A stretch of DNA of 64,000 nt from Candidatus Dormiibacterota bacterium. GTDB lineage: Bacteria; Chloroflexota; Dormibacteria; Aeolococcales; Bog-877. The notes beneath the pieces are model-generated. The model was not told the DNA's origin, made no database searches, and saw only the letters and a program-made list of their open reading frames with translations. Location: positions 35,115 through 99,114 of the forward strand of contig DAHVMY010000003.1 of the NCBI GenBank assembly GCA_027319585.1, read 5' to 3'. This document shows, piece after piece, positions 36,502-44,124 of the stretch; within the stretch, counting starts at the first letter, position 1, and every line of letters begins with the position of its first letter. Made by a program: the position numbers and the translations under genes.

Positions 36502-37381
36502 CGCCACCGAGTCGCTGCCGTTCGCCCTGCGCGCCCAGGTCCTGGTCGAGGCGCTGCCGTACATCCGCCGCTTCCATGGCGCTCTGCTGGTGGTCAAGCT
36601 GGGAGGCGCCGCGATGGAGGACCCGCAGCGGCGCGAGGCCGTGCTCCAGGATCTGGTGCTGCTGCGCTTCGTCGGGATGCGGCCGGTGCTGGTGCACGGG
36701 GGCGGGCGCGAGATCACCGCGATGGCCGCCGCGCTGGGGCTCGACACCCGCTTCGTCGACGGCTTGCGGGTCACCGACGAACGCACCATGGAGGTCGCCA
36801 AGATGGTGCTGACCGGCAAGATCAGCCCGGAGCTGGTGACCACGATCCATCGCCTGGGCGGCCGGGCCATGGGGCTCTCGGGCGAGGACGGCCCGACGCT
36901 GCTGGTGACGCGCCGGCTGGGCCCAGGTGGTGAGGACCTGGGTTGGGTCGGGGACGTCGCCGAGGTCAATCCCGAGCCGGTGCTGGCGCTGACCGAACGG
37001 GGCCTGATCCCGGTCGTGGCCTCGATCGGGCTCGGTTACGACGGCCGCAGCTACAACGTCAACGCGGACACGGTGGCGGCCGCCCTGGCGGTTGCGCTGC
37101 CCGCGACCAAGTTGATCATGCTGACGGACGTTGCGGGCGTTCGGGGGGCGGCGGGGGAGCTGCTGAGCCGGCTCTCGATTGCGGAAGCGGAGGAGCTGGT
37201 GAGGGCGGGGGTGGCGCAGGACGGGATGATCCCCAAGCTGCGGGCCGCGGGCCAGGCGGCCCGGGCGGGGGTGGCGGTTCACGTGGTGGATGGACGGGAG
37301 CCCCACTCGATCCTGCTCGAGCTGCTGACCGAGGCGGGAGTCGGCACCATGATCGACCCCGCGCCCAGCACCGATGACTGA
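36482..37381 (+). CDS. argB: Acetylglutamate kinase
   Basis: 'VVKLGGAAM' and the 'NVNADTVAAALA' region are present. Confidence 0.9.
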   Translation: MPTTPPDATESLPFALRAQVLVEALPYIRRFHGALLVVKLGGAAMEDPQRREAVLQDLVLLRFVGMRPVLVHGGGREITAMAAALGLDTRFVDGLRVTDERTMEVAKMVLTGKISPELVTTIHRLGGRAMGLSGEDGPTLLVTRRLGPGGEDLGWVGDVAEVNPEPVLALTERGLIPVVASIGLGYDGRSYNVNADTVAAALAVALPATKLIMLTDVAGVRGAAGELLSRLSIAEAEELVRAGVAQDGMIPKLRAAGQAARAGVAVHVVDGREPHSILLELLTEAGVGTMIDPAPSTDD

Positions 37382-38591
37382 GGACCGCGGCCTGGCGGCG
37401 CGGGAGGCGCGGGTGTTGTGCGGGATCTACCGCCGCCCCCCGCTGACCCTGGCCGCCGGTCATGGCTGCGTGGTGGTGACCGATGACGGACGCGAGCTTC
37501 TGGATCTGGTCGGAGGCATCGCCGTCAACGCCCTGGGCCACTGCCACCCCCAGGTGGTGGCGGCGGCCCAAACGCAGCTGAGCCGGCTCATGCACACCAG
37601 CAACCTCTATTACACCGCGCCCCAGGTGGAGCTGGCGGAGGCGCTGGTCGCCTCCGCGTTTCCGGGGCGGGTGTTCTGGTGCAACAGCGGGGCGGAGGCC
37701 AACGAAGCGGCGCTCAAGGTGGCGCGCAAGTGGGGCCGGCTGCACCGCTCCGGCGCCTTCACCGTGGTCACCCTGGAGGGCGCGTTTCACGGCCGCACGC
37801 TGGCGACCCTGGCCGCGACCGGCAACGCCCACTACAGCGACCCGTTCCGGCCTCTGCCGGAGGGCTTCCGGCAGGTGCCACGCGGCAGCCTCGAGGCGGT
37901 GGAGCGCGCCATCCAGGACGCCGAGCGGCCGGCGGTGGCGGTCCTGGTCGAGCCGATCCAGGGCGAGAGCGGGGTGAACCCGCTGGGCGCCGAGTACCTC
38001 ACCGGGCTGCGGGCCCTGTGCGACCGCCACTCGGTCCTTTTGATCCTGGACGAGGTCCAGACCGGCATGGGTCGGTGCGGCGCCATGTGGGCGCACCAGC
38101 TGGCGGGGGTCGTCCCGGACATCATGACCGCCGCCAAGGGGCTAGGGGGCGGGCTGCCGCTCGGGGCGATGCTGGTGTCGCCGGCGGCCGACTGCCTCGA
38201 GCCTGGCGATCACGGCAGTACCTTCGGCGGCAACCCGGTCTCCTGCGCTGCCGGCCTGGCGGCCCTCAGGGTGATCCAGGAGGAGCGCCTGCCGGCGCGG
38301 GCCGCCGTCGCCGGCGAGCAGTTCAAGGAGGGAATCCTGGAGCTCCGCTCGGTGGGCCTGCCGGTCGCCGAGGTGCGTGGCAGCGGCCTGCTCCTGGGCG
38401 TGGGCCTCTCGGCCCCCCTGGCACGGGAGATGGCGGCCGCCGCCATCGAGGAGGGGCTGCTGATCAACCCCATCGGCGACGCGACGATCCGGCTGGCTCC
38501 GCCGCTCGTCATCTCCGACGACGAGATCGCCCTGGCCTTGGCGGGGCTGCGCCGGAGCCTGGAGCGCGCGGTGGCGGAGCTCACCAATTGA
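37374..38591 (+). CDS. argD: Acetylornithine aminotransferase
   Basis: Class III aminotransferase with the PLP-Lys region 'DIMTAAKGLGGGLPLGA'. Confidence 0.9.
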   Translation: MTEDRGLAAREARVLCGIYRRPPLTLAAGHGCVVVTDDGRELLDLVGGIAVNALGHCHPQVVAAAQTQLSRLMHTSNLYYTAPQVELAEALVASAFPGRVFWCNSGAEANEAALKVARKWGRLHRSGAFTVVTLEGAFHGRTLATLAATGNAHYSDPFRPLPEGFRQVPRGSLEAVERAIQDAERPAVAVLVEPIQGESGVNPLGAEYLTGLRALCDRHSVLLILDEVQTGMGRCGAMWAHQLAGVVPDIMTAAKGLGGGLPLGAMLVSPAADCLEPGDHGSTFGGNPVSCAAGLAALRVIQEERLPARAAVAGEQFKEGILELRSVGLPVAEVRGSGLLLGVGLSAPLAREMAAAAIEEGLLINPIGDATIRLAPPLVISDDEIALALAGLRRSLERAVAELTN

Positions 38592-39085
38592 TCGCGCAGG
38601 TGGGCAAGCGGGAGCGCCAGGCCGCGATCGCGGAGATCCTGTGGGAGGTGCCGATCGAGACCCAGGAGCAGCTGGCCCAGGAACTGCGCCGTCGCCATAT
38701 CGAGGCCGACCAGGCCACCGTCAGCCGCGATCTCCGCGAGCTCGGGGTCTCCCGCGTCGCCGGGAGTCCCGGGCGCCGCTACCTGGCTCCGCGCCGGCTG
38801 GCCCCTCCCTGGGAGCGGGCGCGCCAGGTGCTCAGCAGCCAGCTGGAACGCCAGGAACAGGTGGGGTTGATGGTGGTGTTGCACACTCCGGTGGGGGCGG
38901 CCCCGGTGGTGGCGGCCGCGATCGACGCTTTGGAGCTTCCCGTCGTGGCCGGGACCGTCGCCGGCGATGACACTATCTTCATCCTTGCCCGGACCGCTGC
39001 CGGAGCCCGGTCCGTGGCTCAGCAGCTGGAGGCCCTAAGGCAGGCGCCGCCCCCGGCACAGCTCCCAGGAGGGCCCGAGACTTGA
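38588..39085 (+). CDS. argR: Arginine repressor
   Basis: TTG 38588 overlaps the argD stop (TTGA); GTG 38600 is an alternative. The winged helix 'QEQLAQELRRRHIEADQATVSRDLRELG' and C-terminal 'GTVAGDDTIFIL' are present. Confidence 0.8.
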   Translation: MIAQVGKRERQAAIAEILWEVPIETQEQLAQELRRRHIEADQATVSRDLRELGVSRVAGSPGRRYLAPRRLAPPWERARQVLSSQLERQEQVGLMVVLHTPVGAAPVVAAAIDALELPVVAGTVAGDDTIFILARTAAGARSVAQQLEALRQAPPPAQLPGGPET

Positions 39086-40365
39086 GCGAACGACCGCGGT
39101 GTGTGCTGGCGTTCTCCGGTGGGCTGGACACCACTGTGGCGGTCCATTGGCTGACCCATCAGCGTGGATTCGACGTGATCACCCTCTCGGCCGACCTCGG
39201 CGAGTCGAGATCTGCCGAGGAGCTGCAACGGCGGGCGCTGCTGGCGGGCGCGGTGGCCGCGCATGTGGTGGATGCCAAGGAGGTTCTGCTCCGCGACTTC
39301 GTGTTCCCCTCGCTGCAGGCGGGAGCTATGTACCAGGGGGTCTACCCGCTGGCCACCGCCCTGGGCCGGCCCTTGATCGCCCGCCTGCTGGTGGAGGTGG
39401 CCCGGGAGACCGGGGCGGCCGCGGTGGCCCATGGCTGCACCGCCAAGGGCAACGACCAGGTCCGCTTCGACGTGGCGGTGGGCGCGCTGGCGCCGGGGTT
39501 ACAGGTCGTGGCTCCGGTGCGGGAGTGGAGCATGGGGCGGAGCGAGGAGATCGCCTACGCGGAGGAGCACGGGCTCACGGTCAGGGCCACCCGTGAGAGC
39601 CCCTACAGCGTCGACGCCAACCTCTGGGGTCGCAGCGTGGAGGCGGGGGTGCTGGAGGATCCGTGGCAAGCGCCCCCCGAGGATGCCTTCGAGTGGACCG
39701 TCCCCGCCGCCGCGGCCCCTCCCGACGGCGAGACGGTGGAGATCCATTTCGAGCAGGGGGTGCCCGTGCGCCTGAACGGTGGTGAGGCCTCGGCGGTCGA
39801 GCTCGTGGTCGCCCTCAACGAGCGGGGCGGGAGGAACGGGGTGGGGCGCATCGACCATGTTGAGGACCGGCTGGTCGGGATCAAGTCGCGGGAGGTGTAC
39901 GAGGCGCCGGCCGCCGCCATCCTGGATCAGGCGCATCGGGCCCTGGAGTCACTCACGCTGGCGCGCGACGTGCTGCGGTTCAAGCGCCAGGTGGCGGATG
40001 AGTGGGCGCAGCTCACCTACGATGGCCTCTGGTACTCCGCGCTGCGCCAGAGCCTTTACGCCTTTGTGAGGTCGACCCAGCAGTTCGTGACCGGGGATGT
40101 GCGCCTGCAGCTGCGTCAGGGAGCTGTGACCCTGCTCGGGCGCAGCAGCCCGGCGTCGCTCTACCGCCGCGAGCTGGCGACCTACGAGCGCGCCGAGGAT
40201 CGCTTCCGTCACCAGTCCGCGGAGGGGTTCCTCAACATCTTCGGGCTGCCGCTGCGCACCCAGGCGGCGATCCAGGGCAACCTCTGGGAGGAGTCCAAGC
40301 CGTTGCTGAGCTCGATGCCGCACGGCATCGCGGGGGGAGGACCGGACGCTGACGCCACCACCTGA
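39082..40365 (+). CDS. argG: Argininosuccinate synthase
   Basis: TTG 39082 overlaps the argR stop (TTGA). 'AFSGGLDTTV' is present. Confidence 0.9.
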   Translation: MSERPRCVLAFSGGLDTTVAVHWLTHQRGFDVITLSADLGESRSAEELQRRALLAGAVAAHVVDAKEVLLRDFVFPSLQAGAMYQGVYPLATALGRPLIARLLVEVARETGAAAVAHGCTAKGNDQVRFDVAVGALAPGLQVVAPVREWSMGRSEEIAYAEEHGLTVRATRESPYSVDANLWGRSVEAGVLEDPWQAPPEDAFEWTVPAAAAPPDGETVEIHFEQGVPVRLNGGEASAVELVVALNERGGRNGVGRIDHVEDRLVGIKSREVYEAPAAAILDQAHRALESLTLARDVLRFKRQVADEWAQLTYDGLWYSALRQSLYAFVRSTQQFVTGDVRLQLRQGAVTLLGRSSPASLYRRELATYERAEDRFRHQSAEGFLNIFGLPLRTQAAIQGNLWEESKPLLSSMPHGIAGGGPDADATT

Positions 40366-41869
40366 GGAGGAGCACTCAAGGAGGGCGCCCAAGGCCTGGA
40401 GCGGGCGCCTACAGGAGCCCACCGCTCCCACTCTGGAGGAGTACAGCTCCTCTTGGCCGTGGGATCTGGAGCTGGCCGAGGACGACGTCCGGGGGTCGAG
40501 GGCGCACGCTCGAGCTCTGAGCGAGGCGGGGGTGCTGGAGCAGGCCACGCTCGAGCGTTTGCTCCTGGGCCTGGATCTGGTGCTGGAGGAGCTCAGGGCG
40601 GGGACCTTCGCGGTCCTCAGCTCCGACGAGGACATCCACATGGCGGTCGAACGGCGCCTCACCGAGCTGGTCGGGGAGGCGGGGCAGCGCCTCCACACCG
40701 GTCGCAGCCGCAACGATCAGGTCGCGCTGGACCTCCGCCTCTACGTCCGGCGTATGTGCGTCCGCCTGGTGCAGGCGGTGGCGGACCTCCAGGAGGTGCT
40801 GCTGCAGCGTGCCCGGGAGCATCGCCGCACCATCCTGCCGGGCTACACCCACCTGCAGCGCGGGCAACCGATCCAGCTCGGGCATCACCTCCTGGCCTAC
40901 CTGGAGATGCTCGGCCGGGATGTCCGGCGGCTTCAGGGCTGCCGGGAGCGGGCCGACGAGTCTCCCCTTGGGGCCGGCGCGCTGGCGGGGACCACCCTGC
41001 CGATCCCGCGCGCCGGCGCCGCCGCCGAGCTCGGCTTCGCCCGCCTCTCCGCCAACAGTCTGGACGCGGTCTCAGACCGCGACTTCGCGGTCGAGCTCGT
41101 CTTCGACTGCGCGCTCCTGGGCGTGCACCTCTCGCGGCTGGCGGAGGACCTGATCCTCTGGAACACCGCCGAGTTCTCCTTCGTGAGCCTCCCGGACCGT
41201 TGGGCGACCGGCTCCAGCCTCATGCCCCAGAAGAAGAACCCCGACCTGCTGGAGCTGGTCCGAGGCCGGGCCGCGGTACCCATCAGCGGCCTGATCGGGT
41301 TGCTCACCCTGCTCAAGGGGCTGCCGATGAGCTACAACCGCGACCTCCAGGAGGACAAGCGTCACCTCTTCACCGCGGTCGAGGCGACCCTGGCCAGCCT
41401 GCGCGCACTGGGCGGCCTGCTGGCGGAGCTGGAGTTCCAGCCCTCGCGGATGCTCGAGGCGGCTTCGGATCCTGAACTGCAGGCGACCGACCTGGCCGAG
41501 CTCCTGGTGGCGCACGGCGTCCCCTTCCGCAGCGCCCACGAGACCGTGGGACGTGCGGTGCAACGGGCGCGTCGGCAGGGGATTCCCCTTGACCGGCTGG
41601 TGGAGCTGGAGGGCGCGGGTCTCGGCCTTCCGCCGGAGGCGGCCCAGCTCTTCGACCTCCGCCGCTCCCTGCGGCAGCGCGAGCAGTTCGGCGCCCCCGG
41701 GCCGCACGCGACCCAGCTCGCGCTGCGCCGGGCCGGTCGCCAAATCCTGGCGGCGCGGAGGTGGGCCAGCCGCAGGGCTGGGGACGAGCCCCCTCATCGA
41801 AGGCAGTCCGGCACCGGTGAGGTTGCTACGATCACACGAAAGCAGCCATCCGTCAACCGGGAAGCCTGA
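40349..41869 (+). CDS. argH: Argininosuccinate lyase
   Basis: 'TGRSRNDQV' and 'GSSLMPQKKNPD' are present. The conserved N-terminal 'WSGRL...DVRGSRAHARAL' lies upstream of the first GTG (40532) in a frame open only from 40310 with no ATG/GTG/TTG. CTG 40349 has GGAGG 8 nt upstream. Confidence 0.85.
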   Translation: MTPPPEEEHSRRAPKAWSGRLQEPTAPTLEEYSSSWPWDLELAEDDVRGSRAHARALSEAGVLEQATLERLLLGLDLVLEELRAGTFAVLSSDEDIHMAVERRLTELVGEAGQRLHTGRSRNDQVALDLRLYVRRMCVRLVQAVADLQEVLLQRAREHRRTILPGYTHLQRGQPIQLGHHLLAYLEMLGRDVRRLQGCRERADESPLGAGALAGTTLPIPRAGAAAELGFARLSANSLDAVSDRDFAVELVFDCALLGVHLSRLAEDLILWNTAEFSFVSLPDRWATGSSLMPQKKNPDLLELVRGRAAVPISGLIGLLTLLKGLPMSYNRDLQEDKRHLFTAVEATLASLRALGGLLAELEFQPSRMLEAASDPELQATDLAELLVAHGVPFRSAHETVGRAVQRARRQGIPLDRLVELEGAGLGLPPEAAQLFDLRRSLRQREQFGAPGPHATQLALRRAGRQILAARRWASRRAGDEPPHRRQSGTGEVATITRKQPSVNREA

Positions 41870-43869
41870 TGTATCGCAAGCTCTACCTGCCCCTGGACAA
41901 TTCGGATCACTCGACCGCGGCTGCGGAGGTCGCGATCCGACTCGCCAAATCGACCGGGGCTGAGATTGTCGGCAGCCACGTTTACGCGGCGCGGCTGCAT
42001 GACTACCGCTTCAAGCAGATGGAGTACACCCTGCCCGAGGAGTACCAGGACGAGGTCGAGCTGGAGCGCCAGCGCAAGATCCATGACAGCCTGATAACCA
42101 AGGGTTTGGGGCTCATCTCCGACTCCTACCTGGAGGCCGCCGAACGGCGCTGCCGGGAGGAAGGCGTGGAGTTCACCCCCAAGACCTTCGATGGCAAGAA
42201 CTGGGAGGTGCTGGTCAAGGACATCGAGGAGTCCGACTACGATCTGGTCCTCATGGGGGCCTGCGGGCTGGGTCAGGTCAAGGAGACTCAGCTCGGCACG
42301 TGCGTGGATCGGGTGGTGCGCCGGGCGTTCCGTGACACCATCGTGGTGCGTCACCGGGAGGGCCGGGACCCGCTCTCCGGGCCGATCGTGGTCGCGATCG
42401 ACGGATCCCCCCAGTCGTTCGCCGGCCTGCGTTCCGCGCTGGAGATGGGCCGAGCTCTGGATCTGCCGGTGGAGGCGGTTGCCGTCTACGACCCCTACCT
42501 GCACTACGTGCTCTTCAACGGCATCGTCGACGTGCTCTCGGAGGAGGCCGGCAAGGTCTTCCGCTTCAAGGAGCAGGAGGCGCTGCACGAGGAGATCATC
42601 GACACCGGGCTGGCGATGATCTACTCCTCCCACCTCAAGGTGGCCAAGGAGGTGGCCCGCGCCGAGGGCTACGATCTGCCGATAACTTTGCTCGACGGCA
42701 AGGCGTTCGAGCAGGTGCTTCGCTACGTCCGCGAGGTGGACGCATCGCTGCTGGTCTGCGGCAGGATCGGCGTCCACTCCGACCAGGGCATGGACATCGG
42801 GGGCAACAGCGAGAATCTGCTGCGGCTGGCCCCCTGCAGCGTGATGCTTTCGTCGCGGACCTACGTGCCCCCCATCGATGTGATGGGGGCGGCCTCGGTG
42901 GTGTGGACCCCGGAGGCCAACGAGGTGCTGGAGCGGATCCCCTGCTCGGCGCAGGGGCTGGCCCGCACCGCGGTGCTGCGCTGGGCGATGGAGCGGGGCC
43001 ACTCCATCATCTCCCAGGACCTGGTCTCCTCAGCCCTGGGGGACATCCTTCCCCCGGAGGCCTCGGCCGCGATCGGGATCCGGCGGGAGTCCACGGCGAC
43101 CTTGGTCACCGAGCAGGAGGTTCACATCTGTCGCGAGTGCGGCTACACCGCCCATGGCGTGCGGCCGGTGGCCTGCCCGGTGTGCGGTGGGGCCCAGGAG
43201 CAGTTCGCCCGCGTGGACCACGAGAGCCTGATGCAGCAGGCGGCCGCGGAGGGGGAGGTGACCGAGGAGTTGACCTTCGACAACCGCAAGATCGGTTGGT
43301 CCACCGAGGCGCGCAACCTGCTCCACGAGATGCCGGCCGGCTACCTACGGCGCAGGATCAAGGCCAAGGTCGAGAAGGTCGCCCGCACCAGGCGTCTGGC
43401 TGTGGTGACCCTGCAGGTGGCGGCCCCGCTGATCGAGCCCGAGCTCGGGCGCACCGCCAATGCCCAGCCGCATCGCACCCCGCTGGAGGACGAGGAGCCC
43501 GGCCGCGCCGCCGTGGCGGTGGGTGGCTTCGGGGGCCCAGATGGGGAAGGGGATGAGGTCGATCGGGCGCTGCTCACCTACGCCGCGGGCGGCCAGGGTG
43601 GGCGCTACATCCCTCGCGAGGCCTCTCCGACCGTTGCCCGTCTCCGGCCCCGCGAGGAGGGGACGACCCCGGGCTTCGCCGCTCAGCCCGCCGGGCCGGC
43701 CGACCCCGCCGCAAGGTGCCCGGTTCACGGCAGGGAGGACCTGGAAGCCGCGGTGGTCGAGCGGCTCACGGTGGCCGCGGCCCCCGATAACGGACCCGCC
43801 GACGCCGCGCGCTGCCCGGTCGTCCACGGCACTGATCGGGGCGCTGCCCCCAAGGAGCCGGCGCCCTAG
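41869..43869 (+). CDS. Multidomain protein: 2x universal stress protein (USP) + PCP_red-like + CxxC...CxxC zinc ribbon + PCP_red-like + low-complexity tail with two RCPV(V)HG motifs
   Basis: ATG overlaps the argH TGA by 1 nt (TGATG). USP cores read 'LYLPLDNSDHS...LVLMGACG' and 'IVVAIDGSPQS...LLVCGRIG'. Other elements: 'VWTPEANEVLERIP', 'ICRECGYTAHGVRPVACPVCG', 'GWSTEARNLLHEMP'. Confidence 0.8.
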   Translation: MYRKLYLPLDNSDHSTAAAEVAIRLAKSTGAEIVGSHVYAARLHDYRFKQMEYTLPEEYQDEVELERQRKIHDSLITKGLGLISDSYLEAAERRCREEGVEFTPKTFDGKNWEVLVKDIEESDYDLVLMGACGLGQVKETQLGTCVDRVVRRAFRDTIVVRHREGRDPLSGPIVVAIDGSPQSFAGLRSALEMGRALDLPVEAVAVYDPYLHYVLFNGIVDVLSEEAGKVFRFKEQEALHEEIIDTGLAMIYSSHLKVAKEVARAEGYDLPITLLDGKAFEQVLRYVREVDASLLVCGRIGVHSDQGMDIGGNSENLLRLAPCSVMLSSRTYVPPIDVMGAASVVWTPEANEVLERIPCSAQGLARTAVLRWAMERGHSIISQDLVSSALGDILPPEASAAIGIRRESTATLVTEQEVHICRECGYTAHGVRPVACPVCGGAQEQFARVDHESLMQQAAAEGEVTEELTFDNRKIGWSTEARNLLHEMPAGYLRRRIKAKVEKVARTRRLAVVTLQVAAPLIEPELGRTANAQPHRTPLEDEEPGRAAVAVGGFGGPDGEGDEVDRALLTYAAGGQGGRYIPREASPTVARLRPREEGTTPGFAAQPAGPADPAARCPVHGREDLEAAVVERLTVAAAPDNGPADAARCPVVHGTDRGAAPKEPAP

Positions 43870-44124
43870 GTCGCGCCGACCGGGAGTCCCGTCCCACATC
43901 GGAACCGCGCCGCCACACCTCGCCTGTCCGCGGCCGTGGCGCCCCGCTCGCCGCGCTGGCCGGGAGGCCAAGGCGAAGCGATGGGGACTCGGCCGCCGCA
44001 CGCCCGACGGGGCGGGCTCAGGGTCGTCGAGCCCGATGGTGAGCTTGGGGTCCGGCTGGGAGCGCCCGGCCGGCGCCGGTCCGAGCACCAGCCCGCCGCC
44101 CGGTCGCGATCTCGGCACAGCGCC

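Noticed and set aside
41794-43002. 402-aa minus-strand ORF
   Set aside because: It is antisense to the USP multidomain gene and has shadow-ORF composition.
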